This document shows, one piece after another, positions 12,301-23,127 of a DNA stretch of 64,000 nucleotides. Positions within the stretch are counted from its first letter, which is position 1; each line of letters begins with the position of its first letter. A model generated the notes under the pieces. The model saw nothing but the letters and a program-made list of their open reading frames with translations. It was not told where the DNA came from and did no database searches. The stretch spans positions 1,928,477 through 1,992,476 of the forward strand of contig NMRA01000011.1 in the NCBI GenBank assembly GCA_002633005.1, given 5' to 3'. Position numbers and translations under genes: made by a program. The stretch is from Phoronis australis. Its lineage: Eukaryota; Animalia; Phoronida.

Positions 12301-15300
12301 TTCGCAAAGTGAAAAGTGTAGAATCAAGTGTCATACACATCGCACTCAAATTGCTCGTCCGAACTTAACCTGCACACGTCGAAACTGCAATCGTGTGAAC
12401 AAACTTATCTAGAAAATTATACAGTGGATACAGACAGCAGGCTCGGAAATCAAGCCGTTCGAGATAACCTATTCACTCGAATATTCGGCCTTTTTGCTTG
12501 CCCTTACGCCACTTGAATTTTAACATACCGATGAACTCATGAACTAAAGCATTACCCGAGCTCATTGGCTGGCATTGGTGTTACTACATGACGTCATTAT
12601 ATCAAAAACTGAGCCTTTACCTGCCTCTTAAAAGCAGAGCTGAAGATCCACTTTTCACTACTTGGCCAATTAGATAGAAACATATTTAAAGCCAGTTGTT
12701 GGTGGAACAATGCTCTTGTTACGGTGAAGCCAAGTTAGTTAAAGTATTTTTGTAATATCTAAAATGTCTTCAAACCCCTACTTTCGACATTTCAAGCTGC
12801 AACTCTGTACACGTGTCAAAGAAAATCAATTATTTTGGTGTAATAATAATTACAAATGTCGAGAAAGTGGTGCTAACCCATTACATTTTCTACAGCTTGA
12901 ATACCAAGGACGTAATGAATGTAGTAGTGGGTAAAACTTGGGGACTTTCTCCCAAGAATTCTCTCTGGATCTACATTGGTGTTATCTCGCCGATGTTAGC
13001 TTACGCGGCATCAATATGGATAACATCTCTTGAGCAGAGCACTGTTACAATGACATTGACACAAATACAGCGTTAAGCTTGCTCGTTTGTTACTTCTGCT
13101 TTTCCAGGGACACCTACAACTGCAATGGAAATGCTTATTGGTTTGCCACCCCTGCATATTTACCTCAGCGGTGAAGCTGTGCTTAAAGCTTACCGTATGA
13201 AGTGTAATGGGCAGTGGAGTAATGTGCGAGTCACCGACACTGTTGCTCATCAGAGCCATGTTAATGTTTGCAACAGGTTAATGTCAGAACCTGGGACACT
13301 TTTGGCAATGCCAAGTGGTGTTTTAGTGACGACCCTAAATCACAGACACAATTTCTATTTCTATACAGAAATTGGAGATGGTCACGAAACCATTGATTAC
13401 AATGACCAAAAGTCCGTTTGTTAAACTAATGGCTCTAAACCTGACAACGGACAGTCAGGATCAGGAATTTACTTTCCAGACTTTGCAGGTGACGACAAAG
13501 AAAGCTGGACCTCACTGGGTAACACCATTACAGTATTTCAGGCGGAAATTGTCGCCATTCATCAGGCTGCTCAACTGGCAAGGAAGCATGAAGCAATCCT
13601 TGGTAACAAGGAACTCTTCATACTCTCAGACAGCCAAGCAGCTATTAAAGCTCTAACTAAGCCCAAGATCAACTCCCATTGTGTCCTGGCCTGTGTAAAC
13701 GAGCTCAACCACTTACCAGCTAGTAGAACTGTTCATGTGAACTGGGTTAAAGACCATGTTGGCATTGATGGTAACGAAGCTGCTGACAAACTTGCAAAAC
13801 AAGGAGCAAGTACACCCTGTTTTGTACCAGAACCTTGCATACCAATTGCCTATAGGTGCTGCAGAGCAAAGGCAAGGTACTGGGTGTTTACATTGTCCGT
13901 GGATGCATTGAGAAAGCTCTCTGCCTGCAGACAAACCAAACAAATTTTTCCAAGTCCAATTGAACCAAAAGTTTCAAAGAAACTGCTATGCTTAGATAGG
14001 CGTGCTATAAGGCAGCTGATCCAGGTTATTACTGGACACTGCAACCTATCTCGGCACCGTAACATCACAGGCCATATGGCATGTTCACTGTGTCCCAAAT
14101 GTGGATTGGAGGTCAAGACTCCTCAATATCTGGTGGAGATTTGCCCTGCCTACAATGGACACCGTAATCTACTACTTGATGGACACATATCCTGCCTGGT
14201 TGACATTGTTAGTTCACACAGGTTTAACAGTCTTTCTGCATTTATGAAACAAACAGGCAGACTGGAGGATTTCACCCACGAGGAATCCGGTGATGTCGTG
14301 TCCCCTTGAGTCATAATCAGGTGACTCATGTAATGGGCCCGGCCTTGTGGCCTAAACACGCCTGATGTACCGAAAAAGCCATTACGCCGCCTGTACCTTT
14401 TTTTTACTTTCGACAATTCAAGCTGCAACTCTGTACACGTGTCAGAGAAAATTAATTATGTTGGTCTTATAACAATCACCACTGTTAAGAAAGAAGTGCT
14501 TACGAAGACATTTCACTTCATTAGGTTGAATACCAAGGACGTGCTGAATAGGCATTATAAATGTTGCTAAGGGAGGGTCAAAGGTAACCAGTGTAAGGGT
14601 GAAATGCCCCACATTACACAACGGGAATCAATAAGGTCTCTCGTTTCGCCCTTGCTAGCCTTGTAACACTATGCAGTTCACCTGATTTGTCGAATTTCAA
14701 ATTTCAGAAACGGAAAGTCACCGAGGTGCAACATCTCTGGTACCCGAAGAACGCAGAGGAAGTAGAATTGGTACTATGAGCAATATTTGAAAATGAACTG
14801 TTCCTACTTCAGGAATATTGAATTTCTGTCTGTCAAATGTGGAATCCAACGATTCTTTGCTCTCATTAGTCTGGGGAGTGCCAACATAAAAAGCCCCCTA
14901 TTAATGCGCAGGCCCAATAGGCCGGTCCGATTGTACGAAACAACTGATTTGACACTCATGAGAGCCTTTTTATAAATGTATAGTCATTAGGCTCTTGCAA
15001 GGGAAGTTGCACTAGTCTGCTTCCATTTAGGCCATATTCGTGTGCTATTGGTGCTTGGCATTATCAACTTGCAATCAAGTTGCCGCATATAGCGTCCATG
15101 GCCAACACTGCTACCGTTGGTGTGATTACTTGTCTTCACAAAGGATCAGGGATTTTCCAGAGCTGGTCGGAAAATCTCACGGTTACTTCTGCTCCAGTAC
15201 AGCGGGATTCACTGTTATTCCACAGCAAATGCCGCTGCACAAATTGCTGTAGTCGGTAAACCAACCCTATGAAATAGTGCTGGTAATTCGCACAGTGAAA

Positions 15301-18300
15301 AGTGTAGAATCAAGTTTCATACACATCGCACTCAAATTGCTCGTCCAAACTTAACCTGCACACGTCGAAACTGCAATCGTGTGAACAAACTTATCTAGTA
15401 AATTGTACAGTGGATACAGGCAGGCCCGGAAATCAAGCCGTTCGAGATAACCTATTCACTCGAATATTCGGCCTTTTGCATGCCCTTACGCCACTTGAAT
15501 TTTAATATACCGATGAACTCATGAACTAAACCATTGCCCAAGCTCATTGGCTGGCATTGGTGTTACTACATGACGTCATTGTATCAAAAACTGAGTCAAT
15601 ACCAGGCTCTTAAAAGCAGAGCTGAAGGTCCACTTTTCACTACTTGACCATTTAGATAGCAAGATATTTAAAACCAATTGTTGGTGGAGCAATGCTCTTG
15701 TTACGGTGAAGCCAAGTTAGTTAAAGTATTTTTGTAATATCTAAAATGTCTTCAAACCCCTACTTTCGACATTTCAAACTGCAACTCTGTACACGTGTCA
15801 GAGAAAATCAATTATTTTGGTGTAATAATAATTACAAATGTCGAGAAAGTAGTGCTAACAATTACATTTTCTACAGCTTGAATACCAAGGACGTAATGAA
15901 TGCACTAGTGGGTAAAACTTGGGGACTTTCTCCCAAGAATTCTCTCTGGATCTACATTGGTGTTATAGGACCGATGTTAGCTTACGCGGCATCAATATGG
16001 ATAACATCTCTTTGAGCAGAGCACTGTTACAACGAAACTGACACAAATACAGCGTTTAGTTTGCTCGTTTGTTACTTCTGCTTTTCCAGGGACACCTACA
16101 ACTGCAATGGAAATGCTTATTGGTTTGCCACCCCTGCATATTTACCTCAGCGGTGAAGCTGTGCTTAAAGCTTACCGTATGAAGTGTAATGGGCAGTGGA
16201 GTAATGTGCGAATCACCGACACTGTTGCTCATCAGAGCCATGTTAATGTTTGCAACAGGTTAATGTCAGAACCTGGACCACTTTTGGCAATGCCAAGTGG
16301 TGTTTTAGTGACGACCCTAAATCACAGACACAATTTCTATACAGAAATTGGAGATGGTCACGAAACCATTGATTACAATGAACAACAGTCCTTTTGTTAA
16401 ACTAATGGCTCTAAACTTGACAACGGACAGTCAGGGTCAGGAATTTACTTTCCAGACTTTGCAGGTGACGACAAAGAAAGCTGGACCTCATTGGGTAACA
16501 CCATTACAGTATTTCAGGCGGAAATTGTCGCCATTCACCAGGCTGCTCAACTGGCAAGGAAGCATGAAGCAGTCCTTGGAAACAAGGAACTCTTCATACT
16601 CTCAGACAGCCAAGCAGCTATTAAAGCTCTAACTAAGCCCAAGATCAACTCCCATTGTGTCCTGGCGTGTAAACGAGCTCAACCACTTATCAGCTAGTAG
16701 AACTGTTCATGTGAACTGGGTTAAAGCCCATGTTGGCATTGATGGTAACGAAGCTGCTGACAAACTTGCAAAACAAGGAGCAAGTACACCCTGTTTTGTA
16801 CCAGAACCTTGCATACCAGTTGCCTATAGGTGCTGCAGAGCAAAGGTAAGGAACTGGTTGTTTACATTGTCCGTGGATGCATTGAGAAAGCTCTCTGCCT
16901 GCAGACAAACCAAACAACTTTTTCCAAGTCCAATTGAACCAAAAGGTTCAAAGAAACTGCTATGCTTAGATAGGCGTGCTATAAGGCAGCTGATCCAGGT
17001 TATTACTGGACACTGCAACCTATCTCGGCACCGTAACATCACAGGCCATATGGCATGTTCACTGTGTCCCAAATGTTGATTGGAGGTCAAGACTCCTCAA
17101 TATCTGGTGGAGATTTGCCCTGCCTACAACGGACACCGTAATCTAATACTTGATGGACACATAACCTGCCTGGTTAACACTGTTAATTCACACAGGTTTA
17201 ATAGTCTTTCTGCCTTTATGAAACAAACAGGCAGACTGGAAGATTTCACCCACGAGGAATCCGGTGATGTCGTGTCCCCTTGAGTCATAATCAGGTGACT
17301 CATGTAATGGGCCCGGCCTTGTGGCCTAAACACGCCTGATGTACCGAAACAGGCATTACGCCGCCTGTACCTTTTTTTTTACTTTCGACATTTCAAGCTG
17401 CAACTCTGTACACGTGTCAGAGAAAATTAATTATGTTGGTCTTATAACAATCACCACTGTTAAGAAAGAAAGGCTTACGAAGATATTTCACTTCATTAGG
17501 TTGAATACCAAGGACGTGCTGAATAGGCATTATAAATGTTGCTAAGGGAGGGTCAAAGGTAACCAGTGTAAGTGTGAAATGCCCCACATTACACAACGGG
17601 AATCAATAAGGTCTCTCGTTTCGCCCTTGCTAGCCTTGTAACACTATGCAGTTCAGCTGATTTGTTGAATTTCAAATTTCAGAAACGGAAAGTCACCGAG
17701 GTGCTACATCTCTGGTACCCGAAGAACGCAGAGGAAGTAGAATTGGTAATATGAGCAATATTTGAAAATGAACTGTTCCTACTTCAGGAAAATTGAATTT
17801 CTGTCTTTCAAATGTAGAATCCAACGATTCTTTGCTCTCATTACTCTGGGGAGTGCCAACATAAAAAGCCCCCTATTAATGCGCAGGCCCAATAGGCCGG
17901 TCCGATTGTACGAAACAACTGATTTGAAACTCATGAGAGCCTTTTTATAAACGTATAGTCATTAGGCTCTTGCAAGGGAAGTTGCACTAGTCTGCATCCA
18001 TTTAGGCCATATTCGTGTGCTATTGGTGCTTGGCATTATCAACTTGCAATCAAGTTGCCCGCATATAGCGTCCATGGCCAACACTGCTACCGTTGGTGTA
18101 GTTACTTGTCTTCACAAAGGATCAGGGATTTTCCAGAGCTGGTCGGAAAATCTCACGGTTACTTCTGCTCCAGTACAGCGGGGTTCACTGTTATTCCACA
18201 GCAAATGCCCGCTGCACAAGTTGCTGTAGTCGGTAAACCTACCCTATGAAATAGTGCTGGTAATTCGCACAGTGAAAAGTGTAGAATCAAGTGTCATACA

Positions 18301-21300
18301 CATCGCACTCAAATTGCTCGTCCAAACTTAACCTGCACACGTCGAAACTGCAATCGTGTGAAAAAACTTATCTAGTAAAATATACAGTGGATACAGCAGG
18401 CCCGGAAATCAAGCCGTTCGAGATAACGTATTCACTCGAAGATTCGACCTTTTTGCTTGCCCTTACGCCACTTGAATTTTAACATACCGATGAACTCATG
18501 AACTAAAGCATTACCCGAGCTGATTGGCCGGCATTGGTGTTACTACATGACGTCATGAGATCAAAAAATGAGCCAATACCAGGCTCTTAAAAGCAGAGCT
18601 GAAGGTCCACTTTTCACTACTTGGCCAATTAGATAGAAACATATTTAAAATCAATTGTTGGTGGAGCAATGCTCTTGTTACGGTGAAGCCAAGTTATAAT
18701 TTTAGTTAAAATATTTTGTAATATCTAAAATGTCATCAAACCCCTACTTTCGACATTTCAAGCTGCAACTCTGTACACGTGTCAGAGAAAATCAATTATT
18801 TCGGTGTAATAATAAGAACCACTGTCGAGAAAGTAGTGCTAACATTTACCTTTTCCACTTTATTACCTTGAATACCAAGGACGTAATGAATGCACGTAGG
18901 CATTATAAATGTTGTCTGAGTGCTAATGAAACGTCAGCGGTAATCATTGTAAGCAAGAAATGTCCCATGTTACACACGGGGAAACAGTAAAAATCTCTCT
19001 TCTCAGGTACGCCCTTGCTAACCATGTAGTACTATGCAGTTAAGTTGAAACTTCTCAGGCTGTAACTGTTTGCGATTGTCGGCGAAATACGTGACACCAG
19101 TTCAAATGCACAGATCTGCCCAACTGTCAGTGAAGGTAGCAAAACTATGCAATCAAGTTCGAGTAGCGAAATTCTCACTACTTTGATGACAACTTCTAGC
19201 AGTGGTAAGCGACGCCGCTTTGCGACTGTCACAACCTTTCATAGATCAGGCTTCAATATCCTTCCGAGATTTATGCCTGGAGTTTGTGCTTCTCCTGTCA
19301 CTAATTTACTAACCTTGTAATACGATGCAGTTCAGCTGATTTTTCGAATTTTATGTTTCAGGAACTGAAATCATCCGAGGTCTTACGTTTATAGAAAATC
19401 AAGCCAAAAAACAAAGACGAAGACTAACCGGTAACATAAGCAGTATTTATTAGCGTGCTCTTTCTACACCAAACTTCAGAAGAACATTGCATGCGGATTA
19501 TTGATGTTGCATTATTTAGGTTTAAAGATACACGAAAAATTCTACGTTACACAAACTCTTAGCCTGTCACGCACGCTGATAAATGAACACATAGAACCCC
19601 TCAGTTTGTCTTAGTGACTAACGTTAGCGTCTGATTATTCCTAATTTTGTCTAATTTGCTCTTCCAGTCTTCTGCTTGGGATGCTGCAAAGCGTTCTTTC
19701 TATGGGAGTTTTTTTGTTCTTGCTAACCATGTAATACTATGCACTTAAGTAGATTTATCGAATTTCAAATTTCAGAAACGGAAACTCTCCGAAACGCTGC
19801 GTCACTGGAAAATGAACCTGAAGAAAACACACGAAGTACGATCAGTAACATGAGCAGTATTTGAAAATGCACTGTTCCTACACTAAAGTTCAGGACAGTA
19901 CATTAAAAAAGGCTTATTGATGTTGCATTATCTAAGTTTAAATTGTCATGGCAAAAGTAAAATGTTTAAGGCAGTTCGGTGCTTGAACAGCTGACTTTCG
20001 AAATATTGAAATGTACTATCCCGCGAGACGGCAACCAGATCTTTGGCGGACATGGGTGCAGCGCCACTTACAGATCCCTTGTAATGGGGCGAGAGGTTTC
20101 AACCTACTGGTGTAATAGCGTTTTAATACCTTCCCTACTACCACAATTCTGGCAAATTCCCGTTGCTGTAGGGAGGGGTGTGTTAATGGCTAGAAAAATG
20201 CACTATCCATAAATGATTCCACCCCTGCGTAGTCAGTGCTGCGATTGATTAAGCAGGGGTCTTTTCGATTCCAGCCGATGTGATAAAAGTAGAATAGATT
20301 AGTAGACTCAGTTTCCTCCCACTTCTTTTTGCTTATATGTACACGTATGTCCATTTCACCAAGCGGTGAAAAACCCTCAAGTTTAAGAGCTGAGTATAGG
20401 CTAAAGTTTCTCGCGGCTTTAAGGTCTACACAATTCCTTGCACGAGTGCAGAAGACCGACCGCTGCAAACTGAGCTGTGAGTCTCACAAGAAATTAATTC
20501 ACATCATTGTTATCCGTCAAAGGGGCAAAATGCTCCCTAGTAGCACGCACAAATACAATGAGCCAAGACGAGAGATTTATTGTTGACAGGTAACATAATA
20601 ATTAATGTTTGTTGGCTATTGGAGGTTATTGTCTAAGTAGTTAGCTCACCTCACCCTTAAAATCTGAGGATTTGCTCTCCCTACATGTAGGTATTAAAAC
20701 AAGTGACATTTACTTTGCCACCTCGCGAGGCAAAGTCCTCGCGGTTCACTGTGCCATAGACGTGAGTTACGTGATAAGCTATGAACTGTTCGTTGAGCGC
20801 AGCTTTCCGTCTACGGCAACCTGCGATCGCAACTAACTGCTTTATATTGAAACGCTAAAACGAGGCCCAGATGTTGGTTTCGAATTCACCGGAAAAGGCA
20901 ACTCAAAACCGGCCGCACTGACACTCGTCCTTGCCCGACGCCTCGTTCTCATTTTCCCGTGAAGGAAAAACACCTGGTTCTGCAGCCTCCACAGCGTCGG
21001 TGAGTTTTTATCCGTTGGCTAACCGAGTCGTGGCTTCAATTCGTCATTCTTGAGCCGACGAACGTGTTTCTTTCTCGAAATCAAATGGCCTACTACTCGT
21101 TGGTATTCGTACTTCGCCTGCGTTAATGACTGCTAGGCTGTGTGTTCGAGAGAAATCGAATAAAACGATGGAAATGTTGAAATTCAAATGAAGCGAATGC
21201 ACGGCCTCGGCATTTTACACGCACCCGTTTGCCGCCGCGTACGAGTACTCCGTGTGCAGCGGTCGCGTCCATTAACAAACTTCGAAACCGCGACGACTAG

Positions 21301-23127
21301 GCAGTGCGAGTGCGAGTTCGTTACTTATTCTTTCCATTAAAAGTACTTTTATATTAGAGGTAAGTGGCAAAGATCCCAAACTTCCTTCCAGTCCTTAATG
21401 CAGTGCCACAGATCAGATATAGGCCCACTCCTTGTCCATTTTTGCACAAAGCTAACCGAGGCCCGTGCTCGTTTTATTCATTAATTTCGGAGTTTGTTAC
21501 GTGAGTCCTGGTTGTGTGGATTTCTTTACCACGGGCTGCTGAACATTTACCGCGAAGCAGAATCTTCACTACAGGGGTTGAAATCTTAAACCCTCCCCTC
21601 ATCTTCCACACATTACAAAATCCTATCGCGTACACAAAATATATTTTGCTTGTTATTTGTGTGTGAGAATTGGCGATGCGAAGGTGTGAATATGGTTCAT
21701 TTTTCATGCCAAGGGTTGTTGTGCTGGGAATTTTGTTGTGGTTGCAGGGCTCGATGCCACAATATTCGCCAGGTCGCATTTGGCGGCGTACATGTAGCCA
21801 AAATTCAAGGTCGAATTTTCAATATCCAGCTCTCATTCACAAATGCTAGGTCACAAATTTCCCGCCATTTTTACCCGCCAAAATTGATTTTTTACATCAT
21901 CGAGATAACGTTTATATTCCTATATGTTCTTATCTGAGGCGCTAAATACTCACAAACTTTACGTCGCAAAATTGGGTTCTTATATGCAGGTACGGCATTA
22001 CTGTTCTTAACGACCGCCATTGAAATTAACGCTGTAGAGATGCGAGGCTAGTTGCCGTTGAATCAGTTCTCTCTAACCGGCACGTGCTTTCAAGTAACTA
22101 ACTCTGAGTGCAAACTCCCTCCACTGTGTAATTCCACATTTGAAAAACATCCTGTCTAAAATCTGTGAAACGTTGCCTTGCTGAATGATGTTATCAGGTG
22201 TGCGGGAATAATTCAGTGCAAATTTCACAACAAAATGTGGGACTCGAGCTGTTTACATACTCAACAATTAGTTTTTCATGATATGAAAAGCCTCCAAATG
22301 AGATTTTGACAAAGTTTCCAAGAGGTTTGAATCTCATAAACCTGAGACGAGTGTAGAATTCTCTTTATATTGCCAGGTATCTGCCGAGAAGTATAAAAAT
22401 CTAACTCGCATACGTTGAAAATTCCAGGTCGCATTTTGTGACTTGATACGACCTGGCAAATATCTCAGCTCGCATTTCCAAATTTCAGGTCGCAAATACG
22501 ACCTGCAGCTCGTTAGGTCGAGTCGTGTGTTGTAAGGGTTATGCTTCCTGATTCTACAGCCTGCAGTAAGGCTTACCAACAACCACACCTGTTTGGTCAA
22601 GTTTCAATTATTCACAACGGAAATCAAGAAGTTCTTTCGTTTCTTGACATCGTTTACATGTATATATCTGGAAGTTGATCGCGTGAATTGCCGATTACCG
22701 TAATCAAAAATCTGTGGAGCTGTTAAAGCTTCTCAGGCTGCAACTGTTTGCGATTGTCGGCGAAATATTTGACACCAGTCCAAATGCACAGATCTGCCCA
22801 ACTGTCAGCGAAGGTAACAACACTATGCAATCAAGTTTGAGAAGAGAAATTCTCACTAGGCCTACAGTGTACATGTACTTTGATGACAAATACTAGCAAT
22901 GGTAGGCGACGCCGCTTTGCGACTGTCATAACCTTCCATAGATCAGGCTTCACTATCCTTCCGAGATTTATGCCTGGAGTTTGTGCTTCTCCTGTCACTA
23001 ATTTACTAACCTTGCAATACGATGCAGTTCAGCCGATTTTTCGAATTTTATGTTTCAGGACCTGAAATCCTCCGAAGTTATACGGTTGTAGAAGATCAAC
23101 CCCAAGAACAAAGACGAAGAGTAAACG
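272..23127 (+). CDS. Spliced gene, 3' part: CARD/death-fold-like domain end followed by a long low-complexity linker built from phase-1 exons
   Basis: AG/GT-bounded exons that join in frame: 272-332 (VFLKALERTGLHHLVQLLEK), 467-535 (EEESLTLAKQASRFTMHIFCSGS), 5792-5818 (GNKVSPAKE), 9016-9087 (EADSAAPTGNIHGEDEEEEDEHST), 11731-11793, 14708-14770, 17683-17745, 19362-19430, 19776-19844, 23059-23127. The first peptide fits the F-L-x-A-L-x-x-T-G-x-x-H-L-x-x-L-L pattern of CARD helices 5-6 (caspase-2/9-type prodomains). The 5' exons lie outside the window and no terminal exon was identified with certainty. Confidence 0.6.
467..535 (+). CDS. Exon (phase 1 to 1), linker
   Basis: tttcag|AGGAAG...TTCAG|gtacgt; 69 nt, open in the frame of the previous exon. 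Confidence 0.6.
2911..3202. mobile_element. Penelope-like terminal-repeat fragment in inverted arrangement
   Basis: 2911-2984 is the reverse complement of 3103-3202 (with two internal deletions); the right arm carries a minimal hammerhead motif; a tRNA B-box-like GGTTCAAACC lies between the arms (~3019-3028). Confidence 0.55.
3103..3144 (+). ncRNA. Minimal type I hammerhead ribozyme motif (Penelope-type)
   Basis: CAC-CTGACGA-T-GGCCGG-AGGATAGA-CCGACC-GAAA-CG-TC-GTG: cores CUGANGA and GAAA, stem II with one mismatch, palindromic ACGU mini stem III, GUC triplet, CAC/GTG stem I. Confidence 0.6.
5584..6570. repeat. 493-bp direct duplication split by a single N (probable uncollapsed allelic overlap)
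   Basis: 5584-6076 versus 6078-6570, about 7 substitutions; contains exon 5792-5818 and its copy 6286-6312 (Ser/Gly variant). Confidence 0.85.
5792..5818 (+). CDS. 27-nt exon (phase 1 to 1)
   Basis: ttttcag|GGAATAAAGTAAGCCCTGCCAAGGAAG|gtaaga; (G)NKVSPAKE. Confidence 0.65.
7230..8986 (+). mobile_element. Sola3-like DNA transposon remnant (3' half)
   Basis: Right terminus ...GTCACTC followed by TTAA (8987-8990); degenerate peptide G*ALKKGKRSTRFSTKVKNFLTNIFDEGDKSGK...SQIGGFF at 7600-7810 resembles a recalled Sola3-type transposase C-terminus. Left end not found. Confidence 0.5.
9016..9087 (+). CDS. Acidic exon (phase 1 to 1), or terminal exon if read through to TAA at 9102-9104
   Basis: cattttag|AAGCAGAT...AGTACGA|gtaaat; 72 nt; EADSAAPTGNIHGEDEEEEDEHST; AATAAA near 9229. 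Confidence 0.65.
9592..9650 (+). repeat. tRNA-derived SINE head, degenerate
   Basis: GGTGGCCCTAATAGGTCTAGC...AGTTCAAATCCCGG: A-box-like and B-box-like motifs without a full cloverleaf. Confidence 0.35.
11731..11793 (+). CDS. Repeat exon copy 1 (63 nt, phase 1 to 1)
   Basis: aatttcag|AAACGG...AGAATTG|gtaata; TESHRDATSLKPEERRGSRI. Confidence 0.6.
12927..14405 (+). mobile_element. 5'-truncated non-LTR retrotransposon (LOA/Lian-like; RT C-terminus, RNase H, CCHC knuckle), pseudogenised
   Basis: VGKTWGLSPKNSLWIY...PMLAYAASIW; TVFQAEIVAI, SDSQAAIKAL, WVKDHVGIDGNEAADKLAK (RNase H); ITGHC...CPKC...CPA; T-rich tail; in-frame stops. Confidence 0.9.
14708..14770 (+). CDS. Repeat exon copy 2 (63 nt)
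   Basis: TESHRGATSLVPEERRGSRI; donor gtacta (weaker). Confidence 0.5.
15908..17380 (+). mobile_element. Second copy of the same truncated LOA-like LINE
   Basis: Same truncation point and same TAA plus D-to-N change at the RNase H YTDGS motif (C*TNGSK) as copy 1, with additional frameshifts. Confidence 0.9.
17683..17745 (+). CDS. Repeat exon copy 3 (63 nt)
   Basis: TESHRGATSLVPEERRGSRI; aatttcag / gtaata. Confidence 0.6.
19045..19722. repeat. ~680-bp segment duplicated at ~22725-23430, each copy containing a 69-nt exon
   Basis: CTTCTCAGGCTG...GTTCTTG colinear in both places at roughly 90% identity. Confidence 0.9.
19362..19430 (+). CDS. Paralogous exon (69 nt, phase 1 to 1)
   Basis: tgtttcag|GAACTG...CTAACCG|gtaaca; TEIIRGLTFIENQAKKQRRRLT. 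Confidence 0.6.
19776..19844 (+). CDS. Paralogous exon (69 nt, phase 1 to 1)
   Basis: aatttcag|AAACGG...ACGATCA|gtaaca; TETLRNAASLENEPEENTRSTI. Confidence 0.6.
23059..23127 (+). CDS. Paralogous exon (69 nt, phase 1 to 1)
   Basis: tgtttcag|GACCTG...GTAAACG|gtaaca; PEILRSYTVVEDQPQEQRRRVN. Confidence 0.6.

Larger units (their letters stand above)
11421..18900. repeat. Tandem segmental duplication: ~2975-bp unit, 2.5 copies
   Basis: Units ~11421-14405, 14406-17380 and 17381-~18900 (the last lacks the LINE); each carries one 63-nt exon; matching ORF-track peptides recur at ~2975-nt offsets. Confidence 0.95.

Noticed and set aside
13737-14309. 190-aa RNase H ORF as a domesticated gene
   Set aside because: Part of a truncated LINE; the first catalytic motif (YTDGS) carries a stop and a D-to-N change, and the second copy is frameshifted.
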